A DNA stretch of 64,000 nt from Podarcis vaucheri (Eukaryota), in the NCBI GenBank assembly GCA_965113315.1, contig OZ220369.1; one strand, written 5' to 3'. Each line of letters begins with the position of its first letter. The first letter of the stretch is position 1. The notes under the pieces were generated by a model that was given only the letters and a program-made list of their open reading frames with translations, was not told the origin of the DNA and ran no database searches. This document shows, piece by piece, positions 20,674 through 34,473 of the stretch. The position numbers were made by a program, and so were the translations under genes.

Positions 20674-23600
20674 CTCTAGCCAAGGGGATCTAATCCTGTA
20701 GGACCCTGCAGAGTGGGCAACAGGGAAGAAACATATGTATGTATTTCTCAGATTTCTCAGCACGCACACCCCGAGCACAAGGAGGCGATGCAAGCAACCC
20801 CTAAACTCAAGACAAAGCTGTAGAAAGGATCTTAAACAGGGTCTTGGCAGGACCTATCTCAGTTCACTAGGAGCAATGGGTTGAATGAAGCAGGGCCCTT
20901 TGCACATTCCTGTGTTTTGGTCTTCTCATCCAGGTAATGAGGCTGTGCAGTCACTGGCTAGGAATCTGATCAGAGCATCAGGTGTGCCCACAATAGGACG
21001 GTGGGCCCTTGAAAAGTGGCTCACTCAAGGAGAAAAGGCAGAAGGAGATGCTTTGAACCATCAAGCCATTTCTCCACCTGGCCAGTATAGTTGGAGCCAC
21101 CTGAGCATCTGGATCTGGTCACAGTCTGCAAGGACAGAACTTGAGCTGCCACAAGTACTGTAACATCCACTGGAGGGAGTCAGAACAGAAGACATTACAC
21201 CTGCCTTCCTGGGGAAAGTCAGCTTGGTCTTTCTCTATGAGAGTGATTATGCACAGGCTGCTGTCCCCCGTCCCCCACAACAACTTCACTGCCTCAGGCT
21301 GTTGCTAGATCCCAGCCCTGCAGCACCTCCGGGAACAGATGCTGCCAATTTTGAGCCATGAAGTGCTAAACAAACCCAGCAAAAGGAGAAGACCTGCAGG
21401 GAAGACCATCCCCCTCCCCATTATTTCTGTGTGGTACCGCCTGTGTGCCTGATGCTTTTACAGGAGGGCAGCACCTTCCCTTGATGAGCTTCCAGTCTTA
21501 AATATGACCACAGAGAAAGAGGAGAGGAAGCAAGCAAGCAAGCAAGCAAGCTGGATGTGCCTCCATTTTGGCTGCATGGCCTTGGGCTTCATTGCAGAAA
21601 GCCAGGGAGGGGGTTTCGCAGGCAGGCATCCTGGGAGGCAGCTCCAGGCATGCAAGAGGAGCTGCTGGAGGGAGGAGACCTTGGGATGGCTGAAGGCTGT
21701 GGAAAGAAGGTCACAGGCAGAGAGAGGCCTTTAGGTATATGAGAGCAGCAAAGAGAGAAGACCAAGCCAAGCTCAACCTTAGGAGCTTTCTTGACAAAAG
21801 AAAGTGAGTGTCAATTTGGAGCATCAAGTTGTGCGCAGTGAGGTGCATTTTTAGTAACTGCCAAGCTTTCTTTGCTCAGAGACTCAGCAAAACCTAACAC
21901 TGAGCAAGTCTTAGAGAAAGTCTGGCTGCTTTTGATTGCGAATTGATGGATGGGGGTGGGGTGAGCTGCTGCAGCTCTGGATCACTTTATCTATTGCAGG
22001 GGGTTGGATTAGGTGACCCTTGAAGTCCTTCCAACCCTACAATTATATAGTTCTATGATAATATGATTCTCTTGTGTCTCCTACAATTAGCCTCATGCAT
22101 CTTATTCCATGTGAAACCTCTTCTGGATTCCTAGAGGACAGGAAGTGCCATTATGGGTAGTTGCTGGTTTAGCCTTTCCCTGCAGTGTTGGAAGTGCTTG
22201 GCAGGGGGTTGGACTCGATGGCCCTTGTGGTCTCTTCCAACTTTATGATTCTATGACACCCCCCCCCCAACCTCCTCTTTGGGAAATCTTGCAATGTCTT
22301 CTTAATTAAAGCAAGTCATTAAAACAGTTAATATATGCTCATCAGCTTTATAAACTACGCTAAACGGGGTAATGTTTATTGGTAACACTTTCATTAAAGG
22401 GTAATCATTTTATGTCTCTATTCAATACTTATTTTGTTTCGAAAACACATAGCATGACTATTCCCAGGGGGCTTAGCAACAAATACAAAGGATTTAACAA
22501 GTAAACCCCAAGTAAAATAGGGGGGGGGCAGCAGGACAGAATACATACTTAATGCAGGAACATAGAAAAATCTAACAAGCAGAGTCAGTAAGTCAAAGGC
22601 AGAATGAGAAAGTCTCTGACTGGTGCACAAAACACACCAGTCAGACATGGGCAAACCTCCTCCAGCGAGCACATTCCTGTAACCAGAAGTTGCCCCTGCC
22701 TCACCTCTGGGGCACCCCCATTATCCGTGCTGGGCATATTGGCAGGTTTGCGCAGGATAAATTCAAGGAGTCCATACCATCTGAAGTTTCGCTGGTCCAC
22801 TGTGGGACCTTGACTTGTGCCACCAAGAAGAATGACCACCAGTCAACATCCTGCTGAAGATTCCTACATTCCCGCATTGCAGGAGGTTGGATGAGATGAC
22901 CCTTGAGGTCCCTTCCAACTCTACAATTCTATGATTCTATTATCTGTTCCCACCAGCAACAACGGCTCTCGCACTGAGCATTTGGCTGCTCTGTGTCTCA
23001 TTCCCTGGTCAAATCTGCTTAGCCTTTAGCCTGATAACCCTCCAAGGCCTTGATCTCTTGTGGTGCTTCGTTAAGGCCATTAAAGCAGCTGCTGGTGAAG
23101 CGGTCAAAGGGGTAAGAGCACTTGCAGCAACAAGTACAAAGAGCTATGAAGGCTGTGGGCTGAGTTCCAGGAACCCCTGCAGGTCCCCAAGCAGTGGCTG
23201 CCATGGAGACTGGAAAATGACACACCCAAAGGCCCAGGGCTCCTCGCTAATGACATGTGCTGTTGGCCCAGCAACCCTGTGTTTGGTTGAGCCCCAGAGG
23301 AAAAATGGGAAAGCTGTAGACAGATATCAAGGACAGAAACCCTCAAGAACAGAAGCCTATATCCTACCAGCACCTCTGGCCAGCCAACCTACACTCAACA
23401 GTCAGCAAAAAACCTCATCATCTCAGCCCTGGGTCATCCCCACCACTCTTGACAACCACTTTGGAAGCTTGGGGGACCAGTTGAGCCATTAGTTTTAAAA
23501 GCAGGGCCTGGGCTCTTCCCTAAAGGCACTGCATATCTGAGAAAGATACCAGTTTGGATGATGAAGTGCAGCCCATTCACTTTCCCAAAACAGAGATCTG

Positions 23601-25474
23601 CCAGAAAGGAACTGAATACCAAAGCTCACGCCACGATGCTCTGTTCCTTTGCTTGGTTTCAACCCTCTTAGAACCTCAAGGAAGCGCTGCAAATTCAGAG
23701 GAGTCCTCAGGAACCAAAGCATTCAAGTTCTAATCCAGAAAAATGTATAATCCACAGACCATCCTTCTAGCTAAGGAGCTGGAGCTTGGTAGGGTTTGGG
23801 GAATGTCTTTTCTTTCAGAGGGCCTCCACCCCACCTGATTGTTCAGGATCCCATCGTACGTTAAGGATGCAAGTTGAGGAGCCAACTCTCCTTCATCCAG
23901 GGATGGATTGTCTCACTCAGAAGCCCAACTCAATACATTTAGAGGACCAGTCCCCTCTGTAGCAGGCAGGTCTCTCATACATACACACTATCAAACATGC
24001 ACCCCCCTCCCGCCTTCCTTAGCTAGTCCCCCAAAGGAACCCACCAGCTGCGCTCACTTACCTCGCCCTAGAAGCCTGTCTGAGCAATGTCTTCCTCCTG
24101 TGCTGGCAGAAGAGGTGCCCCTTGGGGAGCCCTCCTCCCCGCCCAGGTGGAGATGGCACCAACCAGCAGGTAGAGTGGAGTGGTGGGAGAAAGGAGGGGT
24201 TTGCTTCCATGATGCTCTGGGCAACCGAGGCTGCTCTCCCCACATGGGGCCCAGAACACATGGCAGGATGAGGCACAATCACCAAGGCTGGCTTCAGGGA
24301 GTCTTTGAGTAAAGGCATCAGAGCACTTAAGATAATCCTCATAAGATGGGGAAAGGAGTTCCATCCTTCCCCCCAACAAAGACTGTATGCTGTTTACAAT
24401 AAGGATCTGATGATTCAAGCTTTTCAGGCAGACCTCTGGTATCAGAAAGATCTGCATGTGCCGCTCAACAGCTGGAAGTTCCTCTCCACCTACGAAACAT
24501 CTTTCAATGGGACAAAAGGTTAGGCTGCTGTGGAGAGGGGCACTACTTGGGGGGCAGGTCCACAATACTGATTGCAATAGACTGCTGTAGGTGTACAGAG
24601 ATAAATTAAGGTGGGGGGTGGGGGGGTCTCACCAGTAATGCAACAAAACAAAAAGGATGGGGTGGAGTGAAGGGGCAGGAGACCTGGGGTACTTGGGACC
24701 ACCCCCCTCATACTACCCCTGGGGAGAGGGGGGTTACCCTTTCTTTTTTAAAAAATTCAGTCTTTAGAGTTGGCAAAGCTTGGAAGAGTAAATAGGAGGA
24801 TTTTATATTGTTCTGAGAGAAATGGCCAGGGAAGGAGTCTTCGGGATGGAAGCGGGGAGAGACTAACAGCTTTGAGGATGGAGCAGCTGCCTTGCTGAAA
24901 GCCACAGCTAGGAGGCAAAACCTACATCCCACCCTTTCCTAGAGACCTCCTCACCTGGGTGATGCATTGCAGAAACTTGGCAGCAACAAAGACCTTGCCA
25001 GACAAAGTGTAGTGGCCACTTTGGGGAGGATCGAGAGGGAGTTTCTCAAAGAAGAGAGTCTGGGTGTGTGGCTAAATGCTGCCAATACAGTTTATCAAGA
25101 AAGGGAGTCTGTGTGACTGTATATAAATGCTGCTGTTCCATTACAAGTCTAGGGTTGTTCCTCAAGTGAGATGGAATAGGTTCTGAACTTAGCCCCCCCC
25201 TCCCCATGGCAGAACACCCCAAATCTCCCCCAACCAGGGCACCCAAGAACACAGCTCAGCCAAATTGCCCTTCTCCCACTTCCAATCAGGCTGCAGCCAC
25301 CCCCAGGTGCCCATCAGGGCCTCGCCTTGCTCAGGCAATTACAGCAACAAATCCATCCCAATTAGGGTAATTAGCCACGCTCTCTGTTCCCAGCAGGTCT
25401 CTGGGGTCCTTGGGTAGCAGCAGAGAAATAACAAGAAAAAGAGGAACTAAACTCAGGGAGAAGAGAAACACAGA

Positions 25475-25665
25475 AAGCTGCCTTATACTGAATCAAGACC
25501 ATTAGTCCATCTAGCTCAGTACTGTCTGCACTGACTGGCAGCAGCTCTCCAGGATTTCAGGTGGGAGTCTCTCCCAACACAACCGGGAGATGCTGCAGGA
25601 AACTGAACCTGGGATCATCTGCTTGCAAGGGAGATGCTCTAGCACTGAGGTATGGTCCTTCCCCA
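25475..25665 (-). mobile_element. tRNA-derived SINE with CR1-like tail (Squam2-like)
   Basis: Matches the copies at 30115 and 43520. Confidence 0.7.
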
Positions 25666-26517
25666 AACAGAGACTTCACAAGACACAGATGTTACATGTG
25701 GTGGGTCATGTTATGGTATTCCCTTGTGGCTTGCCAGAGCAGCCGCCACCGCCACCACCACTGCAGCCACCTTGGATGGTTTTACCTCCTTTTCCAACTA
25801 GATTGCAACCCCCTTGTCGCATACGCATGTGAGGCCTGCAAGAGCATGCCTGTCCTTTCCACCCAGGAACTCCCTGCCTCAGAGCCACAATAGCTGTATT
25901 CCAGAGCAAATGGCCCTTAAGAGAAGCATTCTGCTCAGAGAGAAAGGTGCCTGTAGGCATTAGGACCCAGGAGCTGGAAGCAGTAGCAGGATATTTACCA
26001 GCAGCTGCTGAAGAAGCGGGTGGGTTTGGGGAAACCTAGTGAACACAATTGCCTGTCACAGCCAGGCCTTGAGTAGCTGCAAACAAAGGCACTTTCTTCT
26101 TTTCCTCTCCACTCAACTGAAACAGAAATGGGCCTAGTGAACTACAAGGAGGTACAAAGGAACAACCCTAAAATCATAGACCTGTGGAGTTGGAAGGGAC
26201 CCCAAAGGCTTGAGTTCAACCCCCGCAGTGCAGGAATCGCAGCTAAATAATCCCTGGCAGATGGCCATCCAATCTCTTCTTAAATATATCCAATGAAAGA
26301 GTCCACCAGCTTCTGAGGGAGTATTTTCTGTATCTTTGGGAAGTGAAAGTTCAACTCTGGCTTAGTTCTCAGTGAGGGACTGAATCTGTGCCTTGTGTCC
26401 CACTTCTAGTGAACAAGGATGCATTATGTGTGAAAGAAGCTGGAAGCCTGAACATGTCTATCAAATAAAGCTGAAGACCACACCAGGTGCCCATTCCTTC
26501 TGCCTTTAAAACTAAGG

Positions 26518-26523
26518 TTTATT
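26518..26523 (-). terminator. SF3A3 polyadenylation signal
   Basis: AATAAA about 150 nt after the stop codon. Confidence 0.7.
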
Positions 26524-26669
26524 TTTTATGAAAAAATTGTTACAGGAATCATCACCCTGTGAGCTGTAAGTGTCCTTGAAGCACCCGCTCCCATGGAGGA
26601 GGGAAGAACAGGCACACACGCTACATGGGAGGTCTGGGGTGGGGTGTGTCGGGCCAACGTCTCCTCTGA

Positions 26670-29600
26670 TCACAGCAGGCCTTGGCGCTTCAGATCTTCG
26701 TAGGTCTTCTTGTTGACCACGTTCCCACTGGAATCCTCGTATTCCTCCTAGGTTGACAGAGAATCCCAGGTGTGGGGAAAACCAGGAAAGCAGTACCAGG
26801 GCCCTAAGGCGAAGGTCTCCCCCACCATGGAGACAGCAAAGCGCTGAAACCCAGAAGCTGCTGCCACAGGCAACAGAAGCCTCTGCGGGCACCCTGCCAG
26901 CCCGGCCACTGGGGGAGAAGTGGAGCGGCATCCGCCTCAAGCGGCAAAATGGGATGCACTGCCTCTGCTGAGACTCTCTGAGGAGCCAATCTAGTCCAGC
27001 CTCCTTTGGCCAATCAGGTGCTTCTGGGAAGCCCTGAAGCAAGGCAGGAGAACAACAGAGAGCATTCCAGCACCCCTCTATGCTGCATCTGAATATGGAG
27101 GCTCCACTGAGCTGTCATGCCCTGTTTCTGACATTCAGCCCTGAGTGCTATTGCTTATGCGACCAAAACACCCTCACCAAAGCACAAAAGGGAAGAATCA
27201 GTAGCCCAAGGAGAAGCCAATGCACGGAAACATGTTTAGACCAATGAAACCCCGCAGCCAGTTAACTACATGCTGGGAGTGGGGCGGGGACACACAACAG
27301 ATGCTTGTGTAGGAGGGGAAATAGGGTGGACAGTTATGGAGGAAACAGCCAATGTGGACATGGGAGGAGCTCCTCTCCACCCTGGGACATTTCAGGGCAG
27401 GCTCCCCTGGTCACGTGACCGGTACCAACCAATAGTTCTTATCCCCCATGACTTCAGTGGGCATGGCTAGCCAGCGCCAGCCTTTGCATTCCCTTTGCTA
27501 AACATTGGGGACCTGGGTAGAATTTGCCATGGGGACCGGAGCTGAAGGCACACACACCACTAACCCCCGGCCTGGTCCTCCCAGTCCCATTCCCAACAGA
27601 CAACTGCAAGGGATGTCCCAACCCAGCTTACTTCTGTGTCCGGCTGCCACCTCTCCGAAGCCTTCTGTTGCTTCAGCTTTGCCCACACTGTAAACACACA
27701 TGCACAAACTGTCAGAGGTGACTGTCAACTGCTCGCTCCCAGTCACAATCCAAGATACCCAGGTGGAGGGATAGCTGCTACTCTGCTTGGGGAAGCACCA
27801 GAAGCCCTGCACCCCTGCCCAACCAGGGGTAAAGGATCAGGCTCCTGCCACACAAGTTGCCCCTCTGAGAAGCTCCACCCACCCAGTCACTCTGCTGATC
27901 CTGGCACATCAGCAAAGAGGTAAATAAATCACACAACAAGCCAGCAGCTGACAGAGGAGGCCCATCACTCTGACAGGATGGCCCCCACCCCCCACAATGT
28001 GAAACTGGCAGCCACAGGCAAGCCCAGGGCCAGGAAGGCAACTTGTGGCTACTTACATGAAACAGCATCTTCAATCTGCGTGACGTTGGCAAAGTGAGCT
28101 GTGTTGGGGATTCCCAGGCATCGCATTCCATGGGCGTGGCGCCATTCCTATGGAACACAGAGGAGCATCAAGGCTTGGCCATGATGGAGCCAAAGTGCTC
28201 CAGAGGGAGGGGGGAAGGAGGGCAGAGAAGAGGCTGGCCTGTGCCACTGCGCAGAACTGCCACACAACCTGGGTCTCGAAAAGAAGGCTAAGCTAAAAAG
28301 CAGCCTGCATGGGTGGGGGCTCTGCAAGTGTTAAGATTCAAGGACTACTGCCTAGCAAGAGCCCTGAACCTCATGCAAGCTGATAATTTGTTCAAACACC
28401 CCCCCCCCCAAATAAATATTTTGGCACTTTCCAGTGTCCTACCGCAAAGTGTCGTTGGAAAGCTTTGGGCCCACGGTAGGTGTAGTTCCCACAGATCTCA
28501 CAATTGTAGTTGATGTTCAGGCCGTGGAGCTTATACAGCCAATAAGGGATGGGCTGGAAGGCAAGGGGGGGAGGAAGAGAGAGTGAGCACACAAAGCAGT
28601 CACTTCCTCCCATCCCCTGGGGTGTGCTGTGAGCCCCACAATGAGCCGGGCTTACTTTGCCATCCCACCCAAGGGGCAGGTTCTTGGGGTTGTAGATGAT
28701 TTCGTTCTCTTCGTCTTCACTCTCACTCTCACTGATCTGTTCCTCCTCCTCCTCCTCGCGTTCCTCACCAGTCCGTGCCTGCTTGCGCTGCACATTTTCA
28801 TGAGTCAGCTGCCGCTGCTCCTACAAGGATTGGGAAACAGAGGCAGTGAGTACAGTAGGAGGCCTATTGAACCACAACAGAACCCCAATGGCTAGGGAGA
28901 AGAATGGGAGACAGAGCTTACCCCAAGAATCTCCACGTGCTCGTAGATCTGAGCCTCCAGGAAAGCCAAGTCCTTGTTCCTCTCAGTGTCCCTGTCAAGG
29001 AAACGGCTCGATGAAGGGATAAGGCTACACACACACACCACACCACTTGCAGCACCAGGAGGACCCACATGGGCTGCACAGCTCAGGTTGCTAGTCAAAG
29101 CTAAGGCCAAGGACAGCATCTCTCCCACCCAGCCACTGGCAGAGAAGCAAGGAAGCAAGGAACTGCCCCTCTGCCGGAAGGTGATCTGAGCAGGATATGT
29201 TCAACTTCACCCCAGCCATACCCCCATGGGCCTCACCGCTTGCTCCCCTTTGTCTTTGGGTTCTTGGCAAAGAGAGAAGGGTCAAGGGCCTCCAGAGACT
29301 TGCCCTTGGTGCTGAACAGCCTCTGAGCACGTTCCTCTAGCGTCCTGGAGAGGAGGAAGAGAAGAAACGCATTACGTGCTTGCATCTCCAGATCCGGATA
29401 AACCCAGAGCTCATCCAAACAACCAGACCTCTCATGTAAGAACATAAGAGCCTGCTGGGTCAGGCCTGTGGCCCATCAAGTTAAACATCCTGTTCTCACA
29501 GAGGTCAACCAGATGCCCCAGTATGAAGATCACAGGCAGGAATCGAGTACAAGAGCACTCTCTTTTCCTGTGGTTTCCAGCAAAGGGTACTCAGAAGCAT

Positions 29601-32600
29601 CACTACCTCCAACTGTGGAAACAGAGCATAGCCATCAGGGCTGGTAGCCATCAACAGTCCTCTCCTCCATGAATTTGTCTAACCCTATTTTAAAGCCACC
29701 TACGTTGGTGTCCATGACTGCCTCCTATGGGAGCAAGTTCCTTAGTTTAACTCTGTGCTGCATGAAGAAATATTTTCTTTTATCTGCATTCAGCTTCATT
29801 GGGTGTCATACACAGGGTCCAGCAGCAGCAGCAACAACAACCCACCCCCCACAACCAGCTCCAAACAAATCCTTTACTTACCCACCACATTTCAGACCCA
29901 AAGCCAGCAGTGCAGATTTCAGCCTGTCCAGTCCAAGGGAGGCCAATTCCTGTGGAAGAAGCACAAATGCACAGAGCTGACATGACTTGGCTGTAAGTTA
30001 ACCATCTCCTTTCCCTTGTTTGGCCGGGCAATGGGTAGCAAGAACCTAGCCGAAGTCCCTGCACACCACAGAAAACAAGGCGGCGGCGGCAGCAGCAACT
30101 GTTCTGGAAAGCTCGGAAGCTGCCTTATACAGAGGCAGATCACTGGTCCATCTAGCTCAGTATCGTCTACACTGACTAGCAGCAGTGGTTCCCCAGGGTT
30201 TGAGGCAGAGAGTATTTCCCAGCCCTAAACAGAGATGTCACTGGGGATCAAACTTGGCACCTTCTGCATGCAAAGCAGGTGTTCTGCCTCTGAGCTGCAT
30301 CCCTTCCCCTCCTGCTCCCTTCCCAGCACCAACAAGACAGGCAAACAAACCTCCCAGGAAGAAAAGGCTGACAGGTCCAGGTGGGCCCCAGCATGGGTGA
30401 GGGCGCTGCTGGTCTCTTTCTGCCAAGAGACAACAAGAGGGTTAGCGGCTCAAGATCCCCCCCAAAACACAGTCCAGAGCTTTGGTGGCCAAATACTTAG
30501 AGCTCCTAAGGTGGTTCAAGGAGCCTGTCAGCAGAGACCTGCTCCATGGGACCATGATCTTGCCAAACCTCCAGCTCCCACCCCATCCTGGGCACTGCTC
30601 ACCGGCCAACCAGGGAAAGTGCCGTTCTCCCACTTCTTCTCAAATTCCGCCTGGATTTTGCCAAACAGCTCGTTCTGGTCCAGCAATGGCTTCACTCGGT
30701 CTGTATAATCCTGCAGGTATTCCAGGAGCATCTCCAGGTACCTGTAACAATCACCAAGGGAAGAGAGGGAGGAGGTGACTGCCTCATAATCAAACAATGC
30801 TCCTCACCCCGTTGCGAGGAGCCAGCCAACAGAGATCCTACACAGAAAGATGCCAAACAAGGTTTATGGTTCTTTCGGCTTGTTACTAAGCCCACGTGGG
30901 TGACAGAGAAAATCTGGTCACAATGGATTTGGGGGGGCATAAAACAACTTGAATGGCTTTAAAACTTTTGGAGCAGAACACAAAAAATAGCCCAGACTGA
31001 TAAAGATACATTAGAGGCTTTGGAAGAGTTTAATGTCTGTTCTCTTCCTCCCCCCACCCAAAAGTTCTGAGCTCTCACCTCCTGTATTCAGCATTTTTCC
31101 TTTCCTTAGGAATGTCAAAAAGCTGGTCAAAAGTGGACAGGTATGTGATATAATCCAATTTCTGCAGAGGACAGGGAAAAAGAGATAATTAACTGTGACT
31201 TCATGCAAGATCCCAATGCAGGCACTGAATCGTTTCCTGGATAATCCCTACTCCCTGCTGCTCACCCCCTTAGCTCCATTCCATTAGGCGGAAAAGGGAG
31301 ACAGAAAGGCAAACTCTATTGGTTCAGCTGGGACCATCTGCCTCCATTTTGCTCTTCCCAGAACTGTCTCCCTGGTTATTAAATATTTCTGAAGCTATGA
31401 AGAATTAGTGCTTGAACACCTGTTGCTTGTTCCTTCTCCATTCCTTTTTCCTTCTGTTTGCACTCTAATGCATGCTATACTTGGTGAGCAGGGCCATTTG
31501 GGTATAGAACAGAGGACAAGAGATGCTTCCAAATCCTAGACAACCTGGTTGGAAATCTCACCTCTGAGGACTTGAGGTTAATGTACTTGAGATAACAGTC
31601 ATGCAGGTCCAAGTAGCGGCCGTATCCTTCTTCATCAGTGAACTCCACAAGGTCTGCAGAAAACAAATAGAGACAGACAACTCAGAACTGGCATAATGAG
31701 GAAGAGAACTGAATCCCCAGGCCAAGAACAAAGAGCATTTCCTCTAGCTTGGCTACAGTGCAGATGAAGACAAGCAAGAAGCAATCTTGCAGCAATAGGT
31801 CCTCTGCCCATTTGTTCCAACTATCTGGAATGTGTAATGGGCATCAGAATAGGAGGCCAAGTAAGGGGTTATGCCAGACAGGTTAGATTTAAAACTTACT
31901 CTGAGCCTCTTCACTGGGATTCTCCCGAGCCTTCAAGAGCTCCTCAAACTCCACCGACATCGGCACACAAATCTACAAGGGACAGATTACTACAGGTGTT
32001 TAGGATTAATAGGCTAGATAATGAGCAGGTAATAAATGCAGTGATACCTGATCCAAAATACATTAGACCTTATGCTAGTAGTTAGACAAGACACGAAGGA
32101 AAGAAATAAGTTTGCAAGAGACAACAGAAGACAAAGGGAACAGACACATTACAACAGTGGTTCCCTAAGTGGGTATTATCACCTCCTGGGGTGGAGTGGG
32201 GTTACTGCAGATGTGCTTCTACAAGCATGTTTTTCGCTTATTTATGATTGACCAGGATAGAGCCTAGAATGAAACACTTCCTTCACTTCTTACTGCTTAT
32301 TTCTTTTACTCTTATCACTTTTGAGGCAATTTCTGATTGATATCCTGCACTATTGACAATGGTTAAAAAAACTCCTTGTTGCATTTCCAACATCATATTT
32401 GGTGGAATGTGATTTTGGTGTAGTCATCCAACTTCTCTCCAAGCAAAGAAATAAACTCTTACAAAACATGGAGATTTAAGGCTCCTGCAAAGTGACTTTA
32501 AACCAGACATTGGGAAACAGATTTCACTTTATCAAGTCTGTCCATCACATTACAAATTTACTGAATAGTAAAGTAGTCACTAAATGTGGTAATTAATAAT

Positions 32601-34473
32601 CTTGCTAAATAACTATCAGACTTTGAAAAGCAAGTATTACTGGATCAAGTTCATCAATTCTGTTGAATTAATTAAGATAAATAGTTTTAATTGGATTTTG
32701 AATAAGCATGCAATTAATTGTTACTGTTTTGCATTTTATTGTGGTATTATCTTCTTTAGTGAGTTGTGCAAACCACTATTCTGAATAATGCTTTTTGTAG
32801 GGCAAGGAGGTACTGGAGGTGAATTTATGGAACCAAGGCGGAATTAGCATAAAAAAGTTTGGGAACCACTGCACTACCAAATTTTTGGAGGCAGACAAGG
32901 AGAGAAGTTGAACAACTGCCAAAAGGTTTTGGGAAGAAAAGCAGTGTGTATTTGGTGCATAAAAGGTCAGCATGAAAAGAGGTAGTGGAGATTGCTTCCT
33001 GTATGCATCTTTCCATACTAGAAGCAAAGTTCAAACTAGAAAATATAGAATATAGGCTACAGCACAGGCAGTCAAGTCACTTTCACAATACCAGAAGCAA
33101 CCATGAAATCCCAGGGTCTTTAGACCAAGTAGGGCAACTAGTCAGTGGTGCTACTTCTTGAGGATTCATTACACACACACACACAACCTCACCTCATTTG
33201 GGTGTTTCCGATGGAACTCTTTAATCTGCTTCAAACGATTGTAGAACTCAGCAAACTCATTGGGCCCTGAAATGGCACTGAGTTCTTCCTTCCGCAACCT
33301 ATAGAAAACAGGAGGAGGAAGCCTTTTCAGATTGGCTAGCAGGATTGCTTGCAGAAGGAGAAAGAAATAAGGGATCTGGCCTGATTGGTGCTGCACATGG
33401 AACAAGGATAACAGCAGTCTGTGCTTTCTGGATTTTAAGTGCTCCCCTCCCTTCCAGTACCCATTCAACTGGAGGCCCCCACCAGGTCTTGCCAGCTCAA
33501 AGTCTGCTGCCCCCTCCCCAAAGAAACTGCCAGGGAGGAAGACCCTTCTTACCCGTCTTTGTCGTCGTACAAGTCTCTCAAGTTGCCGCTCACCTCCATG
33601 TATCTCTGGAAGGAAAAGAAGGGCAAGGCCCAGGAGTCAGCCATAACAGCTCTGGTGGCAGCAGCAGCCTCCCCAAGCTAGAAAGGGCTGGGTTTCATGG
33701 TAAAACGGCAGCCTTGCACCATCAGCTGTCCCTTCTGCCTCTCTGGTTGTCTTGAGGCACTTGCTGCTCCTGCATCTTGTGTCACTGAATTATGCCTCCT
33801 ACTTGCTTTCCAAGTTTTCTTAGTGCCACCTATGCCAATGTAACATCATTTGCTACAGGGGAGAGTCTGCTGGAACCATCAAGAGGCACCAGCCTTGTCC
33901 CCTCCCAACCCCACCTGGAACCCTTATAAGGCAAAGATGATGACTTAAGCATTCTTATCTCTTCTTAACGTTTGTTTTAGGGAATGCTCTTTGCCTTTTT
34001 GGCAGGAGCGTGGATATGTTCAGTTTTCAATCCTGCTGGAATCCTTCAGATATGTTATCATTTGCATTTGCGTTATTTTGGACTTGCTTTCTTGCATTTG
34101 TATATACCCGTTTGTTCTGGGCAGCCGCCTTGGAAGCCTTCTTAGTTGAAAGGCGGCATATGAATAAACAGTAAGGTAACGCCCCCCCTCCACAAGACAA
34201 GGCCCGGCCTACTCACATCCTGCATGGCCCGCGTGCGGTGGTCCGAGTTGATCTGGTCTCGAAGCTGCTTAGAGGGAGAAAGAGAGAGAGACAAAGAGGG
34301 ATGAGGGGGTGCGGGTCAATCGCGGGTGTGGGGCGATGCGGGGCCGGCGCCACCAACCTCCCCTTCCCCCTCCTCACCGTGGACTTCCGCGTGAGCATCT
34401 CCTTGACCATGACGTCCATCAGCCGCTCGCGCTCCTCGTGGTAGCGGCGCTGCTGCTCCAGGATAGTCTCCAT
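26670..34473 (-). CDS. SF3A3: Splicing factor 3A subunit 3 (SF3a60/Prp9), complete, 17 exons, 501 aa
   Basis: Exons 34473-34378, 34264-34217, 33605-33553, 33298-33193, 31972-31900, 31653-31562, 31161-31079, 30741-30603, 30419-30351, 29949-29882, 29344-29237, 28991-28922, 28820-28656, 28553-28443, 28147-28057, 27687-27632 and 26747-26670 total 1506 nt. Runs [14 protein letters not shown] to [11 protein letters not shown], with the zinc finger CEICGN...RHFAEWRH and a perfect Kozak GCCGCCATGG. Confidence 0.98.
29435..29790 (-). mobile_element. CR1-type LINE 3' end
   Basis: Same family; carries the TTCTTATG-type tail on the minus strand. Confidence 0.75.
30115..30310 (-). mobile_element. tRNA-derived SINE (Squam2-like)
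   Basis: Minus-strand head GCTCAGAGGCAGAACACCTGCTTTGCATGCAGAAGG, resembling tRNA-Ala. Confidence 0.75.
32155..32871 (+). mobile_element. hAT-Charlie deletion derivative with a transposase C-terminal remnant
   Basis: TIRs CAGTGGTTCCC/GGGAACCACTG; TSD CATTACAA/CACTACCA; 32341-32553 translates, with frameshifts, to [15 protein letters not shown]...QRNKL / [15 protein letters not shown]...QVCPSH. Confidence 0.85.

Noticed and set aside
30240-30310. tRNA-Ala-like sequence (also near 25600 and 43650)
   Set aside because: Degenerate heads of SINEs with attached bodies, not tRNA genes.
26748-34216. Intronic snoRNAs in SF3A3
   Set aside because: No convincing box C/D or H/ACA arrangement by eye; an Infernal/Rfam scan would settle it.
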